From assembly GCA_964106645.2 (NCBI GenBank), contig OZ067047.1: a stretch of DNA of 64,000 bases; one strand, given 5' to 3'. Made by a program: the position numbers and the translations under genes. The DNA comes from Podarcis pityusensis (Eukaryota). Below are positions 13,082 through 25,209 of the stretch, piece by piece; the stretch's first letter is position 1, and each line of letters starts with the position of its first letter. The notes beneath the pieces are model-generated. The model had not been told where the DNA came from, ran no database searches, and saw only the letters and a list, made by a program, of their open reading frames with translations.

Positions 13082-13425
13082 GGGACGCGGGTGGCGCCGT
13101 GGGTTAAACCACAGAGCCTAGGGCCTGCCAATCAGAAGGTCAGCGGTTTGAATCCCTGTGACAGGGTGAGCTCCCGTTGCTTGGTCCCTGCTCCTGCCAA
13201 CCTAGCAGTTCGAAAGCACATCAAAGTGCAAGTAGATAAATAGGTACCGCTCTGGCAGGAAGGTAAACGGCATTTCCGTGCTCTGCTCTGGTTCGCCAGA
13301 AGCGGCTTAGTCATGCTGGCCACATGACCCGGAAGCTGTACGCTGGCTCCCTTGGTCAATAAAGTGAGATGAGCGCTGCAATCCCAGAGTCGTCCACGAC
13401 TGGACTTAATAGTCAGGGGTCCCTT
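13082..13425 (+). mobile_element. Sauria SINE, full length
   Basis: tRNA-like head GGGACGCGGGTGGCG... with a Bov-B-like 3' end; 13-bp TSD TACCCCATCCTCA at 13068-13080 and 13426-13438. Confidence 0.92.
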
Positions 13426-16400
13426 TACCCCATCCTCACAATGCTGGGATAAAGAAAAATAGAACCTTGCTGCAACTGTGTTACATCAGTGACATAATTT
13501 CACATGGTTCCTAAAGCTAAAGTAGAGCAAGCCATCTCAGCAAAGGAACACATTGGCCTGCTTTTCAAATATGCTGATCCTTTCAAAGGCAATGAGCCCT
13601 GCAAGTGACTCTGTGCATTTGCAAATAAGAATCAGCAATTTTTTAAACATGCAATTGCCCCGGAACCTACAGCTGAGTGTTTTTGCCTTATTTACAGCCC
13701 AGGTTTTGTTCTCACTGGGAATGACTGCAATATTAATTAATGCTAGCCATTCATTACGGAAGTCAATGAAGTTAAAGGAGAGAGAAAAACTAGACGAAAT
13801 TGTTTCTGATAAGCACAAAAGGTTGTCTAAGGTGACCACACTGTGAGGTCAGCACAGCAGAGGTGGGGAGGAGCAGGAGGCCTGGAAGCGTAACCCCTCC
13901 AGCGAATTAGTGGAGGGGTCAGGGTGAACGAGACTCATTCAGCTTAAGTTGGAGGGCAGCCAGAAAAGCAGAGGTAAGAGCACAGACAGGCACTTAAGGT
14001 TTTAAGGCTGCCTATCCTTGGCCCAGGCCTTTCCTACTTGCCTGTGTTTTTGTTAGCAGACTTAACATCCCCAAACGCAAACCTGCATTGTAGGGTATAG
14101 AATTATCACACTCCTGAGCAAGAAACATAATGTACAGTGGGGAAGAGGAAGGATGTTATGGAACTTATCTTGTTAACTGTTCATTTATACAAGAGTCATG
14201 AAATGTGTGCATTAGCCTGAACCATAACCCTTGAAGGTGGGGCCTGATTCAGAGGGACCATGTGTATTCTGCCACTCATCCAGCCTATGACATGCCATGG
14301 CATTCAGGAAAGACAAAACTAACCTAGAGGTGCCAGGAGACCAGCTCTGCCATAGGGAAAGGCAAAAGGAACATTAGATCAGCATCCCAGCATGTAGACT
14401 GAATTGGTTGGGGGTCTTGCACGCCTAGGAAGCCTGCTTTCCCCCCTCAGTTAATTGTTCTGCCTTTACCCACTCCATACTTCCAACAAGTCCAGCCAGC
14501 AAAGTTGGCATTGGTACATTTTGAATTGGAGAGATGCAAAGGTTTACACTTTGTGGAAGCTACACCACCTTTCTAGTGCCTGCCTACTGTTACAATGATG
14601 TAAAGGGAGGGATCAGTCTGATTCTGATCTGTGTCAGTTTCACATACGCAACTCTGTTCCACCCCGTTTTTGCATCAGTATGCAAATTATGAAACTGTAC
14701 CAATTCATATTTAAGTATACATTCTTGACTGTTTTCTACACAATAGGTGAATTTCTAAATGCATCTTCCCTAAAAAATATTTCATTTTCTTATATTTGGA
14801 TTCCACCGTGACGTACATGAAATTCTCAGAAAGCCATGTTCTGTCTATCAATGAAGCCTGTAGGAAAGCATTCTAGATGGCAGCTTTACAGTTGCAAAAA
14901 CTCCACATTGTGGAAGCACAAAGATAAAACCTGAGCCTCTTCCTTAACAGGGCAACTGACATTTTTACTCTGGTTTTTAATTAGTGGTAGCTAACTTGGA
15001 ATTTGGTATGGATCTTGTTATGTTTTGTAAATTGAAAGTTTTAACATGACTGATACTGCTAATATGTACATAAACTCTGAACTGATAATGTAAAAACCAG
15101 CAAACTTAAAAAGTAAAACCAGTAGATAGCCTTATTACTATTTCTCTGGGTTTTTTACACCAGCCCCTGTACTGTTGGGGAACAGCTCAAAAACCTTAAG
15201 ACATATTACTACATCAAACTCTTCTAGCTACAATGGATTATTTAGCAAAATCTGGGCTTGCAGTGCTGTAGAATGCAAGGCCCTCTGTGAAGCTGTGATT
15301 TTCCAGCTGCTATTGTGTGTGGGAAGCATGTATCTCCTATTTAAATCCAATAATCTAAATAATTGAGGCTTCAGCAGTCCTACATTCCAATCCACTTTCT
15401 CCAGGCCTGTTGCTCTGTCTTCACATCTTAAGCATTGCAAGATCAGCCTTCTTTTCAGTTCTCCGACAGCCCTCCCTGGATGACTCATGCTGTAAGTTGT
15501 TGTTGCCCTAAGAGGGAATGACAGCAAGCAGAAATACCAGTGCTGTTGACATTATAACCCATGCTCAGGTAGGATCCCTCCCTCTCAAATGACTCAATAT
15601 TTCAAATTCTCTTAACATGGGAGTCCCCTGTGATGAATGTCTAACCACCACCCCACACCCTAGCTTGGGAGAAACTATCCAGGAGTTTCTGGAGACATGT
15701 TAGAACTTGGTGCTCTGGCTAGGCTACCAAAGCACTATTGTGACCAAACTTGGTATAGTTTGTTACTTAGAGGAAGGCACTTAACTTGAAGAAAACACTT
15801 TTCCTTTTTTAGGTGCTCATAATGGCGGCTTCTTAAGTGCTGCATGACAAATACTGTACATTCTTTCCAAAATACTGGCTTTCTAACCATTGCATGCAGC
15901 TACAATCAACACTCAAGCAACGTTGAAACCATCATAATACTCTTTGCACATGTCAGGACACCAAATCCTGAAGCACTGGGCCAACTGAACACTTAAAACG
16001 GTCTGCCACAAGAAGCCCCTAGTGGCGATTGTTACTGCTACCTAAAAAACCTATTTTGTTTAATCCAGGAATAAGGGCAGTGTGTTGCGGATCCTAGTTG
16101 ATTTCTGGACATGTCTGACCTTACAGGCTAGCAGGGGTAGTAGTATTACAAAACTCCAGTGCAACATTATTTTCTGAGTTCTTGGTTGGTATAGCATTAT
16201 GTAGTAACATGCTTTCATTTTATTCATATAATTAGGGCACTTTTCGTAATTTTGTTACGGTTAACTTTGCATGCTCCGACAATCACTAGCACTCGTCATG
16301 CTGCCATGTTTTAAACACTATTTGGAAGCAAAGCGAGTATTTTCGCAAAGCCCTCCGATTGCATTTACCAATAGCATTTGGAATAACCAATACACTTAAG

Positions 16401-16929
16401 GGTTTTCTTATATAAGGCAGAAAGTTTAGAAAATGTTGGTATCCTTTAAGTTAGGTGTTGTCTCATACACCCCGACTTACTTCTAATACACAAATGTTAA
16501 GTCAAATCTCACTGAATTCAGTCAAATTTACTTCCACATAGAAACACTGTGGTAGAAATGTAGTCCAATTAAAGATGTAATAGCCAGGAAAAGGTCATGG
16601 TGCTAAACAGCATTTTCTGCTTTATATACGGCATTCAGTGGCTTCCAACCATACTTTGGGAGATTTAGTTGCTGCAACGTTTCCAGTTATCATCCAGGTG
16701 GCTTTCAGCAGGTATCAGTCACATCTGGTCTGTGCTATTTCTGCAGCGAGCTCCTCGCTCACCCTGGGGATGTCTCAAAAGAGCTGAGCCTGTCTTCAGG
16801 ACATTTACTTTCTGGCTTTACACCACTGCACCCATCTGGAGAAATGTTCCTCCCAACCCCCCCCCCCCCCAAATCTATTTCCCACCCTTACAAACCCTTA
16901 GTGCCCTTGCACAAACAACAGGGACAAGA

Positions 16930-19900
16930 GGCTATTATATATCATGCTTTTAATACAAACTTAAAAAAATCTGGAACAATAGAAACTGTACAGATTTGAT
17001 CAACCTTTGTTGTTTTTTAACTAAATCTCTAGACACGCCAATGTCCTGTTCCAAAATATTGCACAACATTCTGAATACAAAACTCTGATTGTATTCCTCC
17101 TTCGCTAGAGAAAAAAGAAAGAAAAAGAACGAAACCCCCTCTGGATCCCTACTCAATGGCCCCCTGCATGTAAGAACCAAAAAACCAAACAAGAACAGCA
17201 TGGACCTCTGCATTAAAAAACATACATAATTCTGTCCTCTTTGTGTCCATCCATACTCCAAGATCACACGTTGCTGATTCGCTCTTCAAAAAGGGTCAGG
17301 AAGGAGGGAAGCGAGGGGAGAAAAGGAGCTTTCACTGCTGCTTTTTTAAAATTTTCCTGAAAAAATATTTTTTTCTCTCTCCTCTAAGAAAAAATCTTGA
17401 AAAGAAAAAAGTTCAATTTTTTTTTACGTTAGAAATATACATATATTATATATACCTCTTACATTTTACAAATGTAGCAAATTATTCAATATAAACGGAC
17501 AACAAAAAAATTAACACAAACCCATAAAAATAAAAGTTAAAAAAAATCTCTTTTTCTTCCTAAGAAACCAGGTAAATTAGTGCAGGTTTTAAAAATAAAA
17601 TTGAAGCTGAACGTCTAACTCTTGAGACAACAAGACCAAAAAAGAGGCCGTGAGTTTCATTGTCGCCAGCACTGGAAATGCTTCTGAAGCACGGTATGTG
17701 TTCCTTTAGGAAATACAGAGGTTGGTCCTTCCCCTTTTCCTCCTTATGAACGCAGACTTCTTTTCAAAATGCAGTTAACAGGATAAAGCAGTGTGAAACA
17801 TCACATGTTGCAGGTGCTAGTGAGGTTCTCTCCCTCCCTTCAATATACTTAAGCCTGAGAAGGGTACATAACCCCACCCAAGGCAGTGGCTCAGGGCAGC
17901 TTTCTGCTGCATGTGGAAGTTCTCGGCGGAGATTATGCTGGGCAGATAGGGAGCCAGCAGCTCTCCTAGGGAGGAAGTCCAGTGTAAAAGCATGGCAGTC
18001 TACAGTACATGTTGAGGGGAAAGAAGTGGGTGGCAGTGGTAATGTTGGGAGTGGGGGTGGGGTGGGGGGAAGACAAACAAATGTGTTTACTGAAGAGGTC
18101 TAACGTGTCTTGTTCAGATTGAGGACTTCTAGCTTCATGAAACTTCACCCATCACATTACTGCCCAATAGTATCTTCCCTCCTCAACCCCTTAGTGGCTC
18201 ACAGAAAACAGGCAGAATGCAAATAAGTTTTTTCTTTTTTAGTGTCCTTTTCTTCAGCCCAGCAAAGAGGCAGGGGTAAGAAGGGGTACAAAGAAACAAA
18301 AAAAGGGCTCAACTTGGGGATACCTAGAGAAGATCTCCTGCATAAGCCACATCACTGTGTCCTGGGCAGGAGACATTTCCCATCCATTTCACCAAATGAT
18401 CTCTAGTGCATCAGAATTAGGCATCCTTCACAGGAGGACAGATGCTTGTAGCAGTTAAGGCTCATATACAGTCCTACAGGGAATCCTCAGTTTAGCTTAA
18501 GTGGAAACGCAAGTCTCCAGGTCAAGTCACCAGAGAGCTCTAGAATTGTAGCTTATTTATTCAATATGACTTTGCCAGAGAAGGTGCAAAAGCAACACTT
18601 TATACACGGTCCAAACCATGCTGTTTGGGGGTGGGGAGCAGATAGTGATGGTAGAGAGAATATGCCTAGAGTATGTAATCCACAGTCACATCTATGTTAT
18701 CTCCCCTGAAGTTCTCTCTCACCCCTTATCGCCATAGATAAGTAAACTTTTGGACTCAGTAATTATCTCACAAGGCATAGATGGGGAAAGGTTTGCCAAT
18801 CATCTGCCAAAAGAAAAGAAAAAAACTCACTCTTGAAGGCCACTACTGTCCCTGTCTTCCAGGCTGTCCTCTCATGACAGAAAAGGGAGATGCAGGGAAT
18901 ACCATTAGGATTCCTAGTTCAATAGCAACAATAAGGAAGGAGAGACTCTACATTCTTATCAGAGAACACTTTCTTCTCACCACATGTTGAGCAACATTCT
19001 ACAGCAAGCCCACTTCATTCCTCATGCAGAGTCTCGAAATGGAACAAGTCCAGACTGGACCTGATATGTGGGGCGCTCTTCCGTACAGGAATGCCTGCTT
19101 CCTTTCAAATGAAAAATCATAAGGTTTTTGGTCAGAAGTCTTAAGAGACATGAGATTAAAAGTGCAAACCCTCATGCTATTCATCCAGAAAGCAGTCTGC
19201 ACTGTAACTTCCTCTTCCCTGCCAAAAAGTAGTGCTATCATAGTCAAGAGCAGGAAACCATCCTTTCCATGAGAATTAGTAACCAAATGCTCGGCTGTCA
19301 ACAGAAGAGCTCAGAACCCCATAAACCAAGGCAATTGGTCCAGAGGAACATCAATGGGGGCTGCTCAGGCACAAAAAAACCCTGGAAGGCCAGCTCTCAC
19401 TCCTACCCTTGAAAGAGAGTGCAATATACATGGATCAATTTTTCTCACAAGTCAGAAGTGTTTGCATCTAGAGTCCTATTTATACATCATAGCATTAGCA
19501 GCTGACATGGGATCTAAGCTTCCCAAAGAGTACATCTAACTCCAGACTCTTAAGGGGGCTAAGGGGAGAGGAGGTGCTTATAATGGAAAACTGTAGGGGG
19601 GAAAAACCTGTCCCAGATGCTACAATGCTGCCCCTTCCAGCATTCCCCTGAAGCTAGAGGGGCTAAGGCCTTGCCATCACCAGTTAGCGCAGGAAGAAAC
19701 AGAAGCTGAGAACTTTGTTCTACTCCCATTTTGCAATAGGAATACAAAAATGGAGTTATGAGAAATGAATACATTTGCTCCACTGTCTGGGCCTCTCATT
19801 ACGCATTGAGAAGCCCAGGCCTACCCTAGGAAGTGCTTGAGACTTCACACATCCAGAAGCCATCTAAGTCACCCCCCATCACTCCAAAACAGGGAGGGGG

Positions 19901-20263
19901 GGAAATCAAGGTATCTGGCTGCAAGGGACATGACAGCACCCTGAAAAATGCCATCCTTGCAGTAAGAATATTTGAGAACCAGTTCCAAGAAGCAGCATGG
20001 GACATAATATAAAGTGGCTCTGGCTCCCACCACTGCTGGGCTGGAACAATAACCTTCCTCATTAAGTGTACAACAACGGATAGGAAAGAGCACAGGAAAC
20101 AAGTTTAAAAAAATAATCAGTGCTTCAGCAGCGCTTCCTGGCATGACACAACGAATCAGGATTTGTCTCTTTCCAAGAAGCTATATTTATAAGATTTCAA
20201 ATATTTCTAATTATTTTTTCTCTTTTTTTGGAAGTTATTTTCCCCAGAATACTCTCATGGTGG
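16930..20263 (-). other. TOB2: TOB2 3'UTR (~3.3 kb) ending at an ATTAAA poly(A) signal (16949-16954)
   Basis: No recognisable repeats. There is a U-rich terminal block (16950-17620) and an ATTAAA hexamer on the minus strand. The exact 3' end is inferred. Confidence 0.65.
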
Positions 20264-21292
20264 TCAGTTGGCCAAAACCACTGGCTGGAACGACTGGCTG
20301 GGATACTGCATGGCGTTCAGATTGTAGCTGAGTCCTTCCACGAAGGGTGTCTTCTCCAGAAAGAGGCTGTTGGTGCTGCCCCCAAAGACCTGAGCCATGT
20401 CAAAATTGCCGCCGCCGCCACCACTGGCACTGAATTGGGATGCAGGAGGCATGCCGCCGGCCTGGTTTTCGGTGGCTACACCATCAAAGAAGAGGCTGCT
20501 AGCTCCTGGTGATCCACCATTGTAAACAAACTCCTTGGCATTGGGGGAGAGCTGAGATTGAGGGGCCGTACTGCCCCCGATGAAGTTCAGAGAATGCATA
20601 GACAGGGAGAGACCTTTGTGCTTCAGCAGGCCATTGGTGGGCGACCTGGCCAGGCGCTGCTGCTGCTGTGGTGGAACCCCTGTGCCACTGGTGGCTGCTC
20701 CAGCTCCTCCACCTTTCTTCATCTTGGTTGAGCCAAACTTAGTGGCAGCAAAAGTGGCAGTGGTGAAGGTAATGGGCTGGGCAGAGCGAGGGATGAACGT
20801 GGGGCTGGGTGACTGGCCAAACGATGGGGATGGAGAATTGGACAAGGAGTTGTCCTGGCTGCCAATAGGGACGAACACCTGAGCGTCAGGATTGAAGCTG
20901 CTCTTGATCTCCTTGTCCAACTCAGCTGCACTGCAGCCCTCGCTGTCATCTAGATATAGGACCTTAACAGACCCTTTCTCACCAATCTGGTAGGAGACTT
21001 CAAATGGGTCAATCCAGACACTCAGTTCTTCAGGAACATTGGCCCGCACATCCTCTACAGCCAGCCCACTCCGCTTGGCTGCCATCTCGACTACGGGGTC
21101 CACCGTCTCCCCAATGTGAACACAGCGGTAGCCAGAACCCTTCAGGGGCTTCTCTGGGTACCAATGGCCTTCATATTTTTTCTTCAGCAGCCGCTCTAGC
21201 TCTTCACCAAACAAGTCGGCCCGCCTCCGTGGAAGCTTGTTGTACAGATATGAGATGATGAAGTTCAGAGCAACTTTGATCTCCAGATGCAT
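20264..21292 (-). CDS. TOB2: Protein Tob2 (BTG/Tob family), 342 aa, single coding exon
   Basis: The ORF from [32 protein letters not shown] contains the BTG domain ([27 protein letters not shown]), two PAM2 motifs ([24 protein letters not shown]) and the C-terminus FQPVVLAN. The true ATG is at 21292; the ORF-track extension to 21391 crosses the splice acceptor at 21379-21380. Confidence 0.98.
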   Translation of the reverse strand: MHLEIKVALNFIISYLYNKLPRRRADLFGEELERLLKKKYEGHWYPEKPLKGSGYRCVHIGETVDPVVEMAAKRSGLAVEDVRANVPEELSVWIDPFEVSYQIGEKGSVKVLYLDDSEGCSAAELDKEIKSSFNPDAQVFVPIGSQDNSLSNSPSPSFGQSPSPTFIPRSAQPITFTTATFAATKFGSTKMKKGGGAGAATSGTGVPPQQQQRLARSPTNGLLKHKGLSLSMHSLNFIGGSTAPQSQLSPNAKEFVYNGGSPGASSLFFDGVATENQAGGMPPASQFSASGGGGGNFDMAQVFGGSTNSLFLEKTPFVEGLSYNLNAMQYPSQSFQPVVLAN

Positions 21293-21326
21293 ACTCCCTT
21301 CACAGCAAGCAAGGTAGGGCAGTATA

Positions 21327-21353
21327 TTAAAAATAGACAGCGGACACAAACAT
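21327..21353 (-). other. u[11 protein letters not shown] in the TOB2 5'UTR part of the coding exon
   Basis: ATG TTT GTG TCC GCT GTC TAT TTT TAA lies between the acceptor (tttctctttgtctttttcag|, exon starts at 21378) and the main ATG. Confidence 0.6.
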
Positions 21354-23319
21354 AGACGGATTTTGGCTCCAAACAATTCTGAAAAAGACAAAGAGAAATG
21401 AAATGTAAGGTGGAAATACTGTATCTTTAATACTGTTGCAGCACAATAGTTATACTTTTAGTTGCAGAAACTGATTCCTGAAAATTCAACATCTTAACTG
21501 GCAATAATAAATAAAAGACTGTGCAAAGTGCATTTGCACCTTGACAATTGTAAAGAAGAATATCCCTTTATGCATTTAACACATACACATTTCTTTGGTT
21601 CTTTGTATGCTGTCAAACATTATTATTTATTAGTTTATCTCTAGGCCACTCACCAGCCAAAAATTGCAAGGTGATATACAACATAAAAAGCTGTAAAACT
21701 ACACAATAAAAAAATATGATAGATCCTTTAAAAAAATCACAGTAAGTTAAATGTTATAAAGTAAATCAAACCAGCAAAATATACACCCTTGGAGTGCCTG
21801 AACTTCCTTCAAGAGCCTCAATAAATAAATACGTATTTTTTAAAGTGCCTAAAATTGCTAAGGAGACCAACTGCACCTCCAATGGGAAGGATTTTCATAA
21901 CTGGGGTGCCACTAAAGAGAGGTGTTGCTGTCTGGACAATGCCATTGATAGCACCACTAGCAGAGCTTTCATGTAGTTGCTACTGTCTTAATGAGTCAAA
22001 GTTTCATTTTAAGACACTGGAGCAACGCAGATCAATACATTTCAAAAGACAGAAACTAGTTTAATGGTGATTCATCCCATTGTGGTAACACCAGTGATCC
22101 TTGACATTGTAATATTAAATAGATAACAAAAAGCTGAAAAGGTGTTTCTTCTGAAAATAGCTTCAGAAGGTCAACTCAGATAAACGGAAGATAATCCTGG
22201 ATGGAACTAACAGTAGCTTCTGATCCCAAGTGATATAAAAACAAGGCATACGTTCATCAGGAAGACTCAGGAAGGTTAGTACTATGTGGCCTGGAAGAGA
22301 ACTTTAGGTCAGGCTTTCCCAATGTGCTGACCTCTAATGTTTTGGTGTACAACTCCCATCATCACTGACCACTGGCCAGTGATGAAGCCCAAAACACCTG
22401 AAGGACAATAGATTATGGAAGACTGACTTAGATTCCCAAACACCAAATTTTCTTCTTTATCCCCCCCTTTTTTTTAACTAACATTCTAGGAGACCTCCAA
22501 TCATCACTCATTCTATTAAATACAACTCTAAATGCCCCAGAAAAAAATTAGAGAAAATGAAAGATATTTAAAATGAAAGCTATATGTATTATCTTGGCAG
22601 CTTAGCAGGATAGAGACTAGCTTTTTGCTTCCTTAGGATCACCTATAACAAGTGCCTACTAAAAAGCAAGGGCAAAGGATACACTCCAAACTTCTGACAT
22701 ATATGTCAAGCTGCTTCTTCTGGTGTGGTGCTTGGAGCTAAGAAGAAATCTAAGCTTATCCTGAAGAAGGAACAAAGAGACCTCTAACTACAGCATTAGG
22801 AACAACAAAGGAAGCTACTGGATAAGTTTCCATCTTACACGCCATTTCTGAACACTTGTGGCAGCTTATCTGCCTATCTGGTGTATGAACAGCTGGAATT
22901 AGACAAAATTGTGTGAAAGAAGGAATTAGCACACAATGACTGTACAAACTGTACACAGGTAAGATACTGAATTTTCTACCAGAAGATGTAGTGATTATAG
23001 GTGGTGATTCCTTAAAACCAGGGTTGCATTCGCCAAAAAAAATGCCTAGTTGCCATTTTGGGGCCAAACAGCTTGAAAGTTGTATTTTTCAAAATGACTT
23101 TTTGCTTCCTGAAATTCATTCTGATTGTACAAATAAAATATAATATAAAGAATTCTACAGGATGCGATGCAAGTGTGTGAAAACATTCAAGACCCAAGGA
23201 TTTCAGGCATGCATCTCCAGATGGTGAAGATGGCAGGCACCATCCTGGCGCCCGGGCATCTTCACCTGGCTGCAAGTGGCTGATAGCCAGCTGCAAAAAG
23301 CACCTGGCAAATTTCAAAC

Positions 23320-23570
23320 ACTGGCCACTACCAGTATTTGAGAGAGTAGACAGATTCATGGAAAGTAGCCCCATCAATGGCTACTAGTCATGATGGCTGT
23401 ATGCTGTTCTCCAGGATCAGAAGCAACATGCTTCTGAAAGTTGCTGGGGAACAAGAGCAGACTATTGGACTTATGCTGCATTTGTTCCCATAAGCATTTG
23501 GTTGGCCACTGTAGGAAATAAACTGGATTTGATGGGCCTTTGGTTTGAACCAGCAGGACTTTGTGTTATT
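23320..23570 (+). mobile_element. Old CR1-type LINE 3' remnant
   Basis: TAGACAGATTCATGG...ATCAATGGCTACTAG...GATGGGCCTTTGGTTTGAACCAGCAGG. A reverse copy lies at ~12720-12990. Confidence 0.55.
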
Positions 23571-25074
23571 GTGTTTCACTAAAGCCTTAAAAAACTAAAC
23601 TCTGCATTAAGTATGTGCACAGAAACCTGCCGATTCTATGCCTGCTGTATTATCAAGTTGCAGCAAATAGCAGAAGAGCTCTCTAAAAAAAATTCCTCTG
23701 AATGCAGTCTTATATAGTTGACCATGGCCTGACCGCTAACAGCACAGCCCAAGACCTTGGAGCTTGTTTTTCAGGAGTTACTAAACCGTGAGAAGTTTTA
23801 TCACAGCTATTTGAATGTGCTTCTTAAAATGGAAATTGCCACAGGAGAAATTTGAGTAAGGCAAATTTCTGAAAGGTCAACTAGAAGCAGAACATTTTCA
23901 AGCTAGGCAGTCAAACAAACTCTTTAAGATGGAGCCTTCCAATGGATTTCTGACTAAAGAACTATTGTTAAAGCAATGATCCTCAAATTTCTCCCCCTCC
24001 CCCAGATTTCTCCCCCCACGGGTCTTGGCAAACCCCTAAATTCTGTTTATGCTTCTTGCAGCAATTATAATTTTATTATTACATTTGCTTACTGCCATTT
24101 ATCCAAAGACCACAGGGCAGTTCACAACAGAATGCACTGTGCTAAATACTGTATGATTTTTAATTGTATTTTTATTTTGTTGTACTACAATTTGAATTTC
24201 ATAAGATTCTATAGAATTCCTTCACCAGCATGCTGTGAAACACCTGAATGATATTCAGTTTGGGAACCCCTACCATAAAGCACACAATCAGCTTGGAACA
24301 GAAGCTCATGTGCAAGTTCAACCCACACCACCCTCAGTAAACAAATAGGCTGCATTTATTCCACATATAGCAAAGTTTCAGTCTGCTGTACTGAAAGCTT
24401 AGCAAACTTGAGAGGGTAATACATGACTGGCATTAAGAGACCTTATATTTCTGTAAGGATGCCACATTTTGGAAACTAGCTACTATAATTCAGATCTGAT
24501 AGTATTTCTTTCTTTCTAAAGGGACACAGAGCTGTCTACAAGTATGTTTTCAGGAAATAAACTGTTTTTGCTTATGTACATGCTGAATGCCTTGGTCAGA
24601 ATATTAAGTTACAGCTCACTTCAGAGTAATTATGCACAGGAGTAAATACCAAGTTGAAAGGGACATACTTGCAGATAAGTGTACAAAGGATTGCAACCTT
24701 CAGACCTAAATACCATTGTCCTGATTGAGGGGTGCTCTTTCATAGTATAGCTTTAAGACAGGCATCTACAGCTGGAGAATGGAAAGATTGTCTCTCACAG
24801 GAGTTCCCTTGTCCATCTGGCTCTTTCTCTCTCAGGGAAATGAAAGGAATGTATTACTTTTCTACAAGCAGAACTTTAATGGTTGCGAGTCTTCAAAGAT
24901 AGTACGAAAAACTACAGATATCTAATCTTCTACTCTTTGGCTATACCATGCTGCATTTATCACTGCAATGATAAATTAAATGTTTATGTTAAATTAAATT
25001 AAATGTTAAATTAAATGTTTGTGTTATAGCATCTATACAAATAATAATCATCAAACACTAGCTGACCCCACATA

Positions 25075-25209
25075 TCTGTGTGTATCTGAAGAAGTGTGCA
25101 TGCACACGAAAGCTTATACCAAGAACTAACTTAGTTGGTCTTTAAGGTGCTACAGGAAGGAATTTTTTTACTTCGACTATGGCAGACCAACACGGCTACC
25201 CATCTGTAA
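25075..25209 (+). mobile_element. Penelope-like pLTR fragment carrying a minimal hammerhead ribozyme
   Basis: CTGAAGA-A-GTGTGCATGCACAC-GAAA-GCTT-ATAC core, followed by ...AAGGTGCTAC...CCAACACGGCTACC; 13-bp TSD CTGACCCCACATA at 25062-25074 and 25210-25222. Confidence 0.8.
25082..25119 (+). ncRNA. Type I minimal hammerhead ribozyme motif
   Basis: Stem I GUAU/AUAC, CUGAAGA box, stem II GUGUG/CACAC, GAAA box, palindromic AGCU helix III, UH site. Confidence 0.7.

Noticed and set aside
13540-13850. AT-rich stretches resembling conserved non-coding elements (also ~16200-16400 and ~33000-33200)
   Set aside because: Conservation cannot be judged without an alignment, and there is no diagnostic motif.
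20143-21258. Plus-strand ORFs overlapping TOB2
   Set aside because: Antisense shadows of the TOB2 CDS.
21293-21391. 33-aa N-terminal extension of TOB2 in the ORF track
   Set aside because: It starts at a non-ATG codon inside the intron's polypyrimidine tract and crosses the acceptor. The conserved protein starts at MHLEIK.
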